Below are positions 24,823-38,967 of a stretch of DNA of 64,000 bases, one piece after another; the stretch's first letter is position 1; each line of letters opens with the position of its first letter. The notes under the pieces were generated by a model. It saw nothing but the letters and a program-made list of their open reading frames with translations. It was not told where the DNA came from and ran no database searches. The translations under genes were made by a program, and so were the position numbers. The stretch is from Marsupella aquatica (Eukaryota; Plantae; Marchantiophyta): contig OZ316892.1 of assembly GCA_973895155.1 (NCBI GenBank), forward strand, positions 13,451,270-13,515,269. Reading direction: 5' to 3'.

Positions 24823-27820
24823 TATGCATCATGGAACTACCACTATTCTCAAAGTATTGAAACTTACTTCATATAGTACAACAGGTACTTACAAATCTGA
24901 GAGTTGATAGAAATGATGCCTTCTAGGATAGGAAAGGCAACCTAAGGGCAAGGTGATGGGACAAGTGGAAGCAAAGGTTTAGAAAGAGAATTGCAAGTAC
25001 ATGTCTCCTCTGACTCTGTTTGAGTCTTTTGGACAGTGTATCTTTTGCAACATGAAATTGGTGGTCTTTCATTGAGGATTCCTCCTGTCAATTCAGTTTT
25101 TGATTTAGCTACATTCAATTTTGTTGTGTTGGTCACTCAATGGGATCATTTGATTTGACAATGACTTAGAAGTCAAATATTGTCACATAAATACGACCGG
25201 AGCATGAAGAGCCCACTATTGTGGTCAAGCCTGTCATGTGCGGTTGGTTGGTTGTTGATGTCATTCACGAGTGACACATCCTTTTGCATGAGAATTTGTT
25301 TTATGTTGCTAAATCAATTTAGCCATTCAATTGTCTTTTCTTTGAATTGCTTTGTTGTCTGACTCAAAGAATCATCTTCACTAGCTCTACAATTTAGGAT
25401 ACAGAGTTATGCAGTTGTATATCTATTTGAATGTTGTTAATCCCAATATGTGACTTGAACTGCTAGCGCAAGACATATGTCGTGCACATACACATCGCTA
25501 CATAACATAAATCTCGTATCACACACATCCAAACATAGACATAACTACACATAAGAGAATGCGATACAAGTAGAACTCATTGTCCACACATGTCTAAAAC
25601 CTACAATAACCTTCACAAAAATTTAACAACAATCGATGCCAACAATACACACTCGATCATGCCCAATCCGATCACACACATATGTCGAGCCACATGCACC
25701 TTGCACTCAAAAATTCATGTTTATACACACGAATCTGGTCGGCCACACCATAGCTGCCAAAGCTTGTGCTCAAAGGCTCAACATAGAAAGATGAAGCCTT
25801 TGAGCCACCACGAGGGATAACTATCCCTTCAAACATAAACCAAATCCTATCAGCTCATATAGCACACATATCAAAACACTAAACTCAGACAACATGATAT
25901 GCTCTAATAACACTCATAATGGTGTGACATAGAAGTCCTGTGACTTTGATGAATGTGTGCATGTTACTCAAAGCATTGACACTGGCATGAAGACAAGCAT
26001 TGTTCATCGTAAGTAGTGTTACTCACACTAATTCAAGAGCAGACATTTTTGGGCTCTACCCATGAATTAAAGTTACTCCCACTAATTCTGTTCTAGAACT
26101 AATTCCTTGAATTAGTGTTAGTGTGGTCTCAAGAGTGGAAAAATAGAGGGGAATGTAGTGGTGTCCAATCTCGGGGGCAATAAAAGGTTTCGAAACTTGT
26201 TTTTAGCCCCAGGACACAAATATTTAGTGTGTGCAATAGCCCTCCAGTTTGCTTTGGTGAACAAAACTCCCAAGTGCCCCATTAGTCTTGTAAAGTCCTC
26301 CTAAATAGATATGAAGAAAACAATGCTTGCAGAGAGAAATTTCTATACTATTTTAGTTCATCTTTGTCTCATCTTTGTTTTTTGTCCACCCTCACTTAAA
26401 TTTTGTCTTTATTTAAAGTCAATGTCACTTTTATCCATATTCGTGTTAAGTTTTATTCTTATTAGGACTCATGCTCAGTTTTGGGAGTTAGGCATCTAGA
26501 AGCTTCACATAGACCCTCAAAGTAACTTCTTTGCACTAATTATTAGTAAGACGTCTCGTGCTATCGCCGGTTTACTTTTGCATTATTTTTTATATTTTAT
26601 GAAGGTGTTGGTTTCTTACCCCTTGTTAGGTAAGTATTAAAAAAATTACCATTTGCCGCGGTCACGCACCCCTTTGTACTCTGTAGTACTCCAAAGTAAG
26701 GTACACCCTATTTTATTTATATTTTATTCCCCGCTTGCATGGCATGGAGGTGACTACAAGTACAGTACAGTGCTGCAAAGTAAAGTACACCGTACGTAAC
26801 CCTCCCCACCCAGCTCCTCCTCACCCCTATGAATTAATTAAGTAAGGTTCAGGCTGAAATCTTGGAGCCAACCGCTAAGTACTGTAGCATTGATTGCAGA
26901 TATACAGGGCCGAGGGGCTTATTATAGGGGGGAGTATGAAATCCCCATCCACAGATCCACACCCAAGGTTGTATTCCCTCCCCCCTGTACAATTGGATCA
27001 TGCTTGTGTACAGGGACTTCTGAGTGGGTGACAACCTTGATTGCGAATGCTGCCCAGGTATAAGATGCCTATGGAGTACAGGTTTGGTATTTTATCAGGA
27101 TGGTCCAAGTTTCTGGGGGACTTTTGTAAATGTCGTTTTTTTATTCCAGTAAATAACATTATGCCAAAATAATGATCTCTTCCTTTAGTCTTCTAATTTA
27201 TGAACAAGTTATGCATTGAAAAGTCAGTTTTATATCACCATACTTAAATCATTACTTAAATTCAGATCACAAAAATTCTTTAGAAGTTTCAGAAGTACTT
27301 TAAATTTGTAAGGCAGACCAAAATTTTTAGTACTCATTATTTCCATGAACCAGGATGACACTATGGTAGTTTGCCTATTGAATATAGTAGGGCGTCTTAC
27401 AGCTCGGAGACAAGAGGATTGTGTTTTTCCATAACTCAAGAGTTACGAGAACTCCCATAAAAGTTGTGGGAGTCAATCCTGGCTATCCTAAGGAAAGGCC
27501 ACGGTTTCAACGCTTAATCAATAATCTTAAATTAACAACTTCCCCATAACTTCTGGTGCAAATCCAAAATCTGGAAGTCTGGAATTTTGAAAAGTTGCAA
27601 TTGAAGGCACATGGGCTTTGGGCCAGACGTGGTGGTGGTTGCGGCATTTGGGGTGGCGGCTGAAAGAGAATAAAGCAAAGGGATACATGCCATCAGACTC
27701 AAGCGAGGCGATAACCTTGCCTTACCTGGTGGGTCAATGCTACCTTCCCCCATTTAAAAAAAGTTTCATAGTTATGGGATGGACCACAAATACGTAATTT
27801 TTGACCACCACCCTTGTTTG

Positions 27821-28151
27821 TGTTGAGCATAGGCAACAATCCTAACGGCAAGCCCATAAGTATCGACACCGAAAGATACGTGGTTCATCTCCACATGAGA
27901 CTATGTCATCGGGAATATACAAGAGCTTTATTGCACTCTAGGCGGATCGATCATATCAAGCATCCAAAACACAAATTCTCCCTATCTCTCAGCTGGCTCC
28001 GTAACAATGAGCTTGAGTTCCTACTCTCCATGCAAACACTGCTTGGGTATAGTGTGTGTAGCATTCATGACTAACCTAACCCACTCTACGACTAAGGTTA
28101 GCCCTAATTGCATTACAATCGTAACTCTGGACCTAAGAGTAAATCCTAACA
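27821..28151 (+). mobile_element. Solo LTR, family A (331 bp)
   Basis: TGTTGAGCAT...CCTAACA with an exact 5-bp TSD GTTTG on both sides. Confidence 0.9.
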
Positions 28152-28473
28152 GTTTGAAACACCCTAGCATACAAGTGCACCAAGGAGTCATTTTTTCTTG
28201 TTTTTAAAACATTGGCCAAGGTGATTACTATTTTACCTTACAAAGAAGCACAGGTCTAGTTATCGAGTATTCTCTTTCAATTATACAGTACTTTTTGACT
28301 ATTGTAGAGTATTTCATGGCTAACACTCCCCCATAGTGCATAAGGTGGTGACAAATGAAACTTAATTTTTAAAATAAAATTTTAAATTTCATCTTGAGTA
28401 TCATTAGCCTCCCTGCTTTGTAGGTAAATGATTGGCTAATTTTCTGCCATAAAGAAATGGCTGGCACAACCAA

Positions 28474-28540
28474 TTGGCTTAGGTCAGTGGCTAGGGGATG
28501 AGCCTTGAACTGAAAGGTCCTAGGTTCAATGCCCTCTCCA
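28474..28540 (+). other. Degenerate tRNA-like / SINE-head sequence
   Basis: A-box-like TAGGTCAGTGG and B-box-like GGTTCAATGCC at tRNA-like spacing, but no foldable cloverleaf seen. Confidence 0.3.
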
Positions 28541-28716
28541 CAAACCCCGTGTTTGGATGGTTTATGTGTGCGGGTGGGATGACTTTTGTGGGTAGTGGAT
28601 GGAAGTTCTGATTATTTACTCGGCCCCTGATTGTCCACTTTGTGTCTCTGCTTCAATACTCTCTCCTTCTTGGTGTAGGTCCTCACCCCCTCACCCCAAG
28701 CTGGTTCCCAACAATA

Positions 28717-28923
28717 GCTTTTAATCACTTTGCCACTAAAGATGTTCTAATTCATAATAATGTCATCATTTTTTCTGTATTTATAAAAATGCCACGGTTT
28801 CGTATACGGGTTACAAGTTTACCAAGGAACTATATATAAAAACCGTGGCATTTTAGTAAATACTTAAAAACTAGTGGCAGAATTATAAATTCAAACATCT
28901 TTAGTGTCAATGTACTTAAAACC
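28717..28923. mobile_element. Foldback MITE (~207 bp, long imperfect inverted repeat)
   Basis: TTTTAATCACTTTGCCACTAAAGATGTT pairs with AACATCTTTAGTGTCAATGTACTTAAAA; AAAATGCCACGGTTT pairs with AAACCGTGGCATTTT. TSD not clear. Confidence 0.7.
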
Positions 28924-29312
28924 TGAATAATGAATGTATGTCACTATTAGGGCGTCTCAAACTTCACCTTGCTGCTTCTGGTTGCGGTGAGAGACGGAAT
29001 CCCGGGAAAAAAGTGGCGGACACGAAAATCCGTGTCCGCACACACTGCTGAACCGCGACCAAAACTGCTAGTTCCAGGCCTCGTTTTTTCCCCGCAACTC
29101 CAAGGATTGAGACGTCCTATTGGGGTGAGTAGAGGCTACTAATAAGTGTCCTTCCCCATTTCAGTTCAAGACCAAAAAAAAAAATCACCGGTGCCAGGGG
29201 TGGGAGGGGTAGTGATCGTACCCGCTGGCCCCTGTGCATGGAACGTACAGTAGTAGCTACTGTAGTTCCGTGGCCCTCCCGTCGCCCTACTACAGTAGCA
29301 GTGTATGGAGAG

Positions 29313-29349
29313 GCGAGAGGAGAGGAGAGGAGAGGAGAGGAGAGGAGAG
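29313..29349 (+). repeat. (GAGAG)n microsatellite in promoter/5' leader of the RING gene
   Basis: About 7 copies of GAGAG in a GC-rich region ~650 bp upstream of the ATG. Confidence 0.85.
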
Positions 29350-30002
29350 CGACTGAAGTGAAGAGGCGACTGGACTGTAGCCGCCGCGCATCGAAAGAGG
29401 CAAGAGACGCAAAGCACACGGAGAGCGAGAGATTTGTATATTGTAAGCTCCGTCGTGTTTGGACCTTCCGTGGACGGAGGAAAGCTCGGAGTTCTGTGCT
29501 TTGAACACGCGAGGCCGAGGGGAAGAAAGAAAGGAAGAACGACAATGATGAATGCCGATGGCTGACGTTTGCAAGCCAAGCTAAAGCCAAGCCAAAGCCA
29601 TTTTGTTGTAGGAAGAGAGGTGATGGTGTTGCGCGGAGGGTGAGATAAGATGAGCTGGTGAGGCCAGGCGAGGCGAGGTGAGGCGGAAGGAGCAGGAGTC
29701 ATGGCAACAGAGGACGAATAAGGCAGTATAGTGGGAGAACTCGAGAGAGATGGAGAATTGAGGTGAAGGAATTGTGAACGAAATCGGGGAAAGCGGTAAT
29801 GATTGTGTGCGCGGATGGTAAGGATCCATCGGAGGAGGAAGAAATTGTTCTGGCAGTGTAGAGGAGTACGGTAATTGGAGTAGTCTTGCAACATTTTGGG
29901 AGGACGACTACGAGGACGACGAGGACGACAAAGGTCAAGCGCCGGGCAATTGAAGCAGACTGTTCCTCGTCCTGAGACGCCTCAAGATTGGTATGATGCA
30001 TT

Positions 30003-33000
30003 ATGACGCAGGGGCGGACGATAGGGTTGCTGCAAGCGTTCGCGGCGCATTGCTCGCTGTTGGTCTTCTCATCGCTGCTGGTCGCAAAGCTTGAACGATA
30101 CTTGGAGATCTCTTGGTGGTACGTAGTCAGTCGAGTTGCTCCTTCATGATTCGATATGAGCAGGATGGTTGCCAATTCTGTCCGACCTTTCCCTTCTCTC
30201 TTCGCAAGTTTCATTTTAGGCTCGCGGGGATGGAAAGTGGTGCTGATACACTAACGTCTTCCGTACTGTTCAAGGAAGTGACTGAGACATTAGAATCGAT
30301 GAACTCGATCAGATCCCGCGGTACGGTTCGCTCCCTTCGGTTCCTTCTCTGGAATTTGCTGAAGAATGTCCGACCGTCGCGGACTGTTTTTTGTGATGAC
30401 GGAAAATCCAGTGCTCGCTCTCGATGTTCGTGACGAAACCAGCGCTTCGGGCAGCTTTCGTCCTGCCGACTCCGACTGGAGGAGTCGAAATTGTGTGTGC
30501 AGAGGAACCTTTCTCGTTTGTTTTTCTTTCAGCTCGATTTTCTTGTTTTATTTTCTGTCGTTTACTCCTGTGCCGGATCTTGCTTTCCGGCCACTTGGTC
30601 TGTTGTCCCTCGAAAGTGCTTGATCTTGCACAACGACGGCGTTTACTTTGAGAAGGGAGGAATTGTTGCTCATCTGGATATCCATCAACTAGTTGGTTAG
30701 TTTCCGAGCTTGATAGCTTTGTATGAAGTTCTGTCCAACTTGACTACCAGTGCGGTGTCCTCGCCGAAAGGTGTAACTCGCACAAAAAATTGTACGGGGC
30801 TGTTATGTTTCGGGTTTAATGCAGGAGCTTAATAGGACGATTCTTTCGCTTTTGGCCTAATAAGTATTCTGGCTTATCCCAATTATCCGTACAACCAATT
30901 TACTTTCTTCAGCAGTCGTAGTTCCAGGGTCTTGAAGTGTACGACTTCGTCAGCGTGGTTCCATTATTCTTGGCTGGATCTGCTTTTGTGAGACTCGCAT
31001 ACGGAATCTGTTTCCTGAATTGCATTTGCGCATAAATCATAGTTTGCCGGCATTTGGTGCAGTCCTAGATAAAGTTTTGCGGTACTACTTTGATCATTAA
31101 GGAGGTGGCATGTGGGGTCGGACTACGGCGGTGAGATTCATTGGTTCAACATATTGTAGTTTTGCGTCTATTTTTCAAGGACTCTACATTTCACATCTTT
31201 TTCGCCGCTGTCTTCTGGATGGTTAGGCTAGGATATTCAGACTGGTAACATAGGCATGTACTGTCCTCACAAATGTCAAATTCAGAGTTTCTCAGTGAGA
31301 TGTCCACAGCAAGCAAGATTCCTTACTGATGCATCGGTTGGCATCTCTTCGTAGAAGGCCCTGCTTTAGCTGTACATCTTCAAGTGACAAGCAGCCCCGC
31401 CCCGCACAAACCTAACAGACTAAAACAAAATTCTCCAGAAGCATAAATTCGAAACGGAAAAATTCAACCAGGTCACGTTCACCAGGGATTTATTTATGCA
31501 CGGTTCTGTAATCAACAGCCCAAGATGCAGCTACTGAAAATCTCCTTTCGCAATATATTCTTGTGCCAAGGGTTTGTTCGATTTTTCCTTACTTTCTCCG
31601 GTTTCGATTTGTGGGTTTTGGGGTTAGTTGATGGATTTGTCGAGACTCTTGACTTTTAATTCGCTCTCGTTTAGAAATGTTGTTTTTTCTGGGTCGAATT
31701 CCTCCGTTATCTTGAATTGCAGTAAAATGCACAGAATTCCGTGGCCAATGCACAGAATTGCAAAGAATAATTATGTTCTGAAGTTGGAGTTTCATAAACG
31801 AATCAGGTCGGCTCAGGCATCTCTGACATTCGAATGAATCGTGTGCAGAAAGATTTTCTACCTAATGGGTGATAAATGTTTAACTGTACTTTTTGTCTGG
31901 ATATTGACATCGTTGAGGTATTCATTCTGAACGTGCAATGATATTGCGAATTTTCCTTGCAGGTCAGTCTTTATCCCAATATGGGTTTTCCATGGAATAG
32001 TTGCTCGAGGTCGTTTTTCTCTCCCTGCTCCAGCGCCTCCACATGACCGTCAGGTGATCATCCCATATAGAGGCGAATGACCGCCAGTCTATTGATGGTA
32101 CTTTTTGAGTAGTTTATTTGGGGTCCAAAATACACTTAGTCACCCCTGTTTTTGAGCTTACAAGTTTCTTGAGCGCAACTTTCTAAAAAGTCGCAAAATC
32201 CAGGATTGTAAGCTGGCTTACACTCTGAATTTATATCCCCACTTTAACTTCTTGAGTTATGGTCATCAAGATGATGCCGAGCCTGACTTATCTCCATTGT
32301 TTCACTGTTGTGCAGTGGGCACCATGCCACACGGTGGTGGCTGTTCCTTTATTGGTTTCCTTCGAACTCCTTCTCTGCTGCTTTCTAGCCACTCTCGAAG
32401 GTGGAATAATTTTCTGCTTCTCAACCTACTTCTGATGTAATTGTAAAGGAAACTAATTTCGTTTGGTTTGAAGAGAAGATACGGGCAAGTTCATCTGACG
32501 TGGAATGTTAATAAAAGCACCCAGTCGTTTCGGCCGTTAGATTGCCGTGGAGGTCTTAGGAACGGATTCGAGAACAGCTATGAATGCAGGGGCTGATGAC
32601 AGTTCTCACAATCAGTCAGCATAGTCATTAACGTTCTGCCAGCTTGTAGCGTGCAGAGGGGCGAATGTCGGTTATAAGCCTGAAGATTGTTTTCCTTCCA
32701 TTACTGGGTTTCCAAGCTGTAATCCTCTTCGACAATTTCAGGTTAGCGCCTGATTTCAGCTCCGGATCAATGTCTCGTTACTTGTTCAGTACAGATTTGT
32801 TTTTTAAGATCACTAGTGATCTGCTTCTGTCCTACTTTCACCAATTATGTAACATGTCTATGTTTAATAGAGTAGCACGTGATAGGTCAGAATCGAATCT
32901 CTTGCAAATCCAACTGATACTGTGATTTTGATGTAAATCGCCATGCACTGAATTTCAGATACTCAGAATGATGTAGTGTGGTGTTTTTCTTCTCGGCTAT

Positions 33001-36000
33001 CGAGACCAATAAAGCAACTAGAAAATTTTAGTTTTCAATGTTGAGGTCATACTTTTTATCTCTCAAAGGGATTGCAACGGGAGCATGGCATAAAGACCAA
33101 AGTGAAGGTGGGATAGGTTATGACTCTTACCGAACATGCTCTAAACTTTTAAAATTGCAGGATGTGCAGGGCACTGATGCCTGGGGATGAAGAGAGTATG
33201 ACTGATGAGGCCATATGGGAAACTCTTCCGGTATGTACTTCTTTCAAGTGGGGTTGAATTTCAGTGGAAGACTTTCCAAGTAAGGTCAGATCGCTAGGGT
33301 TGGGGAAAGTTTGCTGTTGCCCTTGTGTTGGACCAAGTTGACTTTCTGCTCTGATAACTTCCCGTGGATTTACACTGGATTGTGGTCCTGGCCTTTCTTG
33401 TAGAGTTAGAACTTGCATGAAACATTGATACTTATAAGGCTGGATCTGATTGAGAAGGCGCTTTGGGGGGGGGGGGGGGGGAATGAATTTACTGTTTGCA
33501 GCATTTCTGGGTAGCTGTTTCAATGGTATTCTTCCTGGCGGCCACAATGTTTACTCTTTTGAAGCTAAGCGGTACATATTTTTACCCATCATTGCTATAT
33601 AGAGGTTATGTTACCTGAGAAAGTGATCACTATGATCACCAAATTTTCGTGTTCTACTAACCACAATTTGAAGTTATAAGCTACGTCTGTCGCAGCAGAT
33701 CGTAAAATATGGACATACCTCTCTCTGGCCTTCCTGGCTGATGGCTTGCTTGGGTCCTTTCGTTTGATGTTGGTAATGCGTCATAGACATAGTACGAGAA
33801 CATTGTGCTGGTGGCTTTTACTTCTAAGAAGAATTGTTGTAAGATGGGTTTAGTGCTGAGTTAGTCCAATTCAATCCTAAATGCTTAGAGGTTGTCTTGA
33901 ATGGAGAATTTGTTAAACGTGGTCGATTTTCTTATCTACAGGAGACGTCGGTGCACTTGGATGGTGGGACTTATTTATCAATTTTGGGTATGCACTTCTC
34001 CACTGAGATTGGTGCTTGCAGCTACTACTCAGTTGCCTTTCCAGGACTGTGTTACTTCTATGCTTTAAATTGTCAGCTCACAAGCTATACGTTTTCTCAA
34101 TGAATATGCACACATGTCTTTGCACATGAGTTAGGACCGTCTTCTTGTTGAGTTGTCTGCCTACTTACGAAGCAAAGTGTTGGCCAACATTGACCACATG
34201 AGCTTTGTACTGGTAGATGTGTAGCAAGAACTTGGATTTTCAGGCTTCTGAGGATGACACTCTGAAACAAATTTGCGTCCCCTCAATGAATGCCATCAAC
34301 AAGAACATTCCGTTTAGCCTCTACATCTCAGTTTTGTGTCTCGGTCAAGTTAGGTGTCAATGGGGAACATAACCAGGATTCATCTTTATAAGGGAGAATC
34401 ACCCTGGCGGTAGCTAGGAGTTTGGGTGGGTCATTTACCACAGCACTGGTAATCTCCTCCACTGGGCCCGATAAAAATCCTCAGTGTTGGTGAGAGTGGG
34501 CATCCGTGCCTAAACCCACTAGTACGTTAAATTTGCTGCAAAAGGCCTCCATCTGTGCAACACTGCTCGGAAATATATATAGTAGTCTGACTGCTACTTG
34601 TAAGATGCGGCGACACATCATTCCTCCAGATTCTCTCCAGACTTGTCGGGTAAGCGGGAATTAAGGGGTCTACTGAAATAACATAGCAAAAAAAATAGAG
34701 CGTTCTTTGCCGAGCTCTGTTTTGCAAGGATTCTGAAAGGAATCAGGTGGTCATCTGAACTGTAGTTCTTCTGGAAACTCCCTTGGCCAAATGCTCTCTA
34801 GTTACGTGCTCCCGCTAACGTGCTGAGGTGGCTGTCAGGAACTTATCTTTGGAGTTTGGAGCAAAGCACTAATTGCGATTCCTCGGTATTTTAGTGGATT
34901 TATTGAATTTTCCTTTGTAGAGATCAGATGAAGATCATTTCAGCGGCAGTCAGCTAGGAAGCCTCCAAACATTGCTCTGTTTGAAAGATCAGGGATCAAG
35001 GTTTAGATATTACATTCAAGTTAAAATTAGAGATTGGAAACGAAGCAGATCCAGTCCTTCGTCCTGCAGGTCGCGGATGCCTTCGAAATCGTCGTTATGG
35101 CTGACTGTCTTCACTGGATCCTTACGATTTTCAAGTGATCAAGTGTTCGTGGGACAAGGCTGTTGTGTCATCCAAGAGGACCTTAGAGTACTCACCCCGT
35201 ATCTCCAAATCCTGAAAAGCAATTCGGGATTGCTCTCTGAACAACTATTTCTCGAACCAAGATGTTCCCCATGGTGAAGAGAGTGCCTTGTTACCGAGGC
35301 GGATCCCATGCACGGTAGCAAGACAGCTGAACTCGACATTGTATGCCCAGGACAGTGTAGGCCTATCTTCAGGAGATGACATTATTCATCGGACAAAGCT
35401 TTGCTGAGGAAAGTAGTGGAGAGGTATAGCCATACACGAGTTATAGTACAGAAAGTAAATGAAGATCTTGGTGATGGCATCCATATCTGTGGTGAGAGAT
35501 GCTGAGGAATGGGATGTGTTCCTAGTACAATGCTCTAACTTTGTACGGGAACTCAGCAACGGTACAGAGGGAGGTCAGGGGGTTGGGCAGGGGGATCGAG
35601 AGAGTGAAAAATTAGGGCTGTCTATCAGACTTTATTTAAAAACTGTCCACATGGAAATCAGAAAGTAATCTCTGGATGAAGTTGCATCCACCTGTCAGAT
35701 ATTCACTGAATGAATGCGCTGTGCAGTGGGTGCCTTCTGATGTTCGTCCAGTGAAATAGGGCCACTCCTACAAGCCATTTCCTAGAGCATGGTCGCAGGT
35801 AGAGCACACGTCTAATAGGTGCCTGACGAAATGTGTCCAGATTTCTCTCTCAGATTTCTCTTATTGATAGGAGAAAGCCTATCCAATATTTGCTCTATCG
35901 GACAACAATATTTGCTCCGTCCGAATCCAAATATCCAAATATTGTTGTTCTATATTTGCTCCTTCCGAATGATTGTTGTTACTTGATTTTGGTCAGTCCA

Positions 36001-38967
36001 TCTATATCCAAATACTTACTAATCACCCTACACTTTTAAGATTTAATTCGCTGTCACCGTAAACTTATTGCTCTAAAAGCTGATATTCTGCAAGATTGTC
36101 AATTTTCAACTTCAGGTTTACACAAGGATGTAAAATGGAAAATCTGACCTTGGAGTCCGTTCCAAGAAACTAGTTATTGATCTTCAGAAACAGAAGAAAA
36201 GTGCAACCATCCTCCAGGGATACTCATTTTTCAACATTAGGACATTGTTCAAGTGAGCTGAGTGTTCCTCTACTGTTTCCTATTTCACCAACCCTGTTCC
36301 TGAACTTTGACAGTCATTCTCATGGACGGGAAATGTTTCTGTAGTCTATTCCAATCCTTTTAAAGATTTGGGATAGCAACTCGTCATTGAAATCACAAAG
36401 CCACTTTGCCTATTTGGATGAGACCAAATGTGCACATCACTTCACATCAAAGCCGACCAGGTCTTGTCGTTGAAGAGTGCAGGAGGCTTCAAGACTTGAT
36501 GACGCATAGAGTCTGTTTGGGTGTTAGACTAATGTATCACCTGTAGTGGGGACGTCTTCAAATTCACTGTTGTGTAAATTTTCGCTCCACAGAATAAATT
36601 TATCGTCAATGTAGATGTGACTGACCCTAAACTTCGGTGGTTGCATCATTGCAGAATTGCAGAATGCTTTGCCTTTTTGGTCTGTACCAAATGGTCTAAT
36701 CCTGCAATGCAAAGAGATGCTGCGCTTCATCCAGGATCGGTTGTCCCTTCAAGCATATCTCCGTTGATCTCTATATCGCCACTGATATATGATGCTTCAA
36801 ATAGCAGTTCATCCTCGACTGTGGAGGAGAATGGAGGGGATGCCTTGTGTGGTAGGCAGGAAATTGGTGGTCATTTGCTGAAAATCCCTATTTTGGCATT
36901 TCAAGTCCTACTCTGTATGCGTCTTGAGGTACAGAATTTTCTCTTTGCCCTTGGGTCGTTCAGGATTTTTCAGTGATCACAATGCTATTGAGATCGACAG
37001 TCCTTCTCAGCAATAATTTGGATGGATCTAGTTTTTATTATTATTCGAAATGGAGAATCCGGTTTCTTTTAGAGTCAAAAAGGTTTGCTGTAACACCATG
37101 GATTTGATGGGAAAGGAGGTTCATGAGTCCACCTAATTGGATTGCCTTGATTGTTGGCAAGTTGTATCTGACTCAAAGTTCTGTCATTAATTGTAGGGAA
37201 CGCCATCAAAAGCGAGACAATTACCATTGAGCATTGTTTTTGCGCCTCTCCTGTTGGTGCAAGTCTTTGCTTGTTTCTTTGCTTTTATTAGGTTAATTGG
37301 ACAATTATGGGTACTGCTACGACTGAGTGACAATCACTCCAACCCAATGGCCATGTTTGTGAGGGTGAACGATTGCTGTGGGTTTCTCTACCATGGCTCC
37401 AGGTATAGTGAAATGTCAAAACTTTCTTTCTTAGTTTTGTCTATATCCAGTCTGACAATCCAGCTTGTTGCTGATAGTGTGCAATTCTCTTCGGAAGGCA
37501 TCACCCGGAAACGTTTGTTGTACTCGTTTCCGGTGCCCTGTGCCATATTTTGTGTGCTTTGAATAATGATCCTAGCCAGTGTGAGATATAGGTGTTTGTT
37601 AAGTAATTTACTGTTTTACTTATCAAATACTGTTCTCCAGTCCGAAATCATCTGATGATGAGTTGCCTTGTATCTCTAGACTTCTGGGATGGTGGTCTAT
37701 CGATGAGACCAGTCGCGAAGAGCATGCTCGTCTGTTCAGTGGAGACTCATCCAGGTAGCAGCTCAAAAATGAATTAATTATTACTTGTGCTCTCTTATAC
37801 AATTAAGCTGAGTGCTATGTGAACGCACATTTGAGATAATTTTGTGTCGTCCTATTGGCAGCTACAATACCTTCACTGGACCAGCACCAGAGGTGGTCAA
37901 GAAGATGGCAAGGAAAGATCTAGCAGAGGAGGTATGCTGGTTTCGGAGATGGGAGTTAAGTCTTTTAAATGAGTTTGTGATGATGCGGCTGGAGAAGTCA
38001 TTCATTTGTATGATTCTTACTAATATCTTGCACTGGCATTTTGGCGTAGATCACCTTTACGGTGCATTTTCGTCAAGAAGTCTTTGAGTTTGACAATTAC
38101 TTGCCATTTACTGGCTGTATTTTGTCCTGTTTTTGTGAAATCTATCAAGGTATGGAGGTTGCAGGCAGTTTTAGGAGAGCAATCAGAAATTACCAAGCAA
38201 CAGCAACAAGAATATGACAGACTTCAAAGTGTTAGTATTATTACCTGGGGTTGTTGAGTCAGTTCTGTTGAGTTTTCTGAAAATAAGTACTCCTATTCAC
38301 TTGTTTTGACTTTCTGGAAGGATTCTTCTCTCATTACGTTTGAAGGCGGGGCTCTCAAGCAAGATCTGTGGGGACAGTAGTAGTCATTGGTGCACTAATG
38401 CAGCCGCAGTAATGCTAGAGAATCACAGAAGCATGGAAGACCCTTTGGAATTCGATGGCTTTGCACTGCACAATGCCAGAAATGGGCAATGCAGTAGTTC
38501 TGAGTTGAATAGCTTGCCGAGGCGTTTATGAGTCTACTTCACGTAAAAAGCCGTGCAGAAGTTTTCTAGACACAAGAACTGATGCCGAAATTATGACGGT
38601 ATTTGCAGGAGAAAGTGCTGTGTCGAGTGTGTTTTGAGAGGGACATCACGGTTGTTCTACTTCCCTGCCGTCACCGAATTCTCTGCAGGTCTGTCATTCT
38701 AAAAGAGTACTAGGAAGGTTTTACATCGCATGTATCTTTAATGATGGAAATCGTACTATTAACAATCCAGATGATTTACAAGTAAAAACCCTACGGGTTG
38801 TGGCTGGAGAGAAAAATATTCTTCTGTAGAGCTCAGGAGAAATGCTTGAAAGTCTATTCTAATCTGTCTTTCCCGGTTCTGTCTGCAGCTTTTGCTCGGA
38901 GAAATGTAAGCACTGCCCCATCTGCAGGGGAACAATTGCCGAGCGAATGTCTGTGTATGATGTGTAG
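30003..38967 (+). CDS. Transmembrane Fragile-X-F-associated (TMEM185-like) protein with C-terminal C3HC4 RING finger, 475 aa, 14 exons
   Basis: Exons 30003-30118, 31963-32053, 32316-32400, 32657-32741, 33161-33230, 33502-33571, 33942-33987, 36655-36928, 37197-37402, 37680-37754, 37862-37931, 38150-38230, 38609-38688, 38889-38967. All introns are GT-AG, phases are consistent, total 1428 nt. Motifs ARGRFSLPAP..WAPCH, MCRALMPGDEESMTDEAIWETLPHFW, LLGWWSIDE, LCRVCFE..LLPCRHRILC..CSEKCKHCPICR..VYDV match the plant family I recall from Arabidopsis At1g68820/At1g18470/At1g73950. Confidence 0.95.

Noticed and set aside
29117-29894. Long antisense ORFs (157 and 242 aa) over the RING gene leader
   Set aside because: Low-complexity, microsatellite-driven frames in GC-rich UTR/promoter DNA.
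33988-36654. Possible nested gene in the 2.67 kb intron 7
   Set aside because: Only short ORFs with no recognisable motif or repeat structure.
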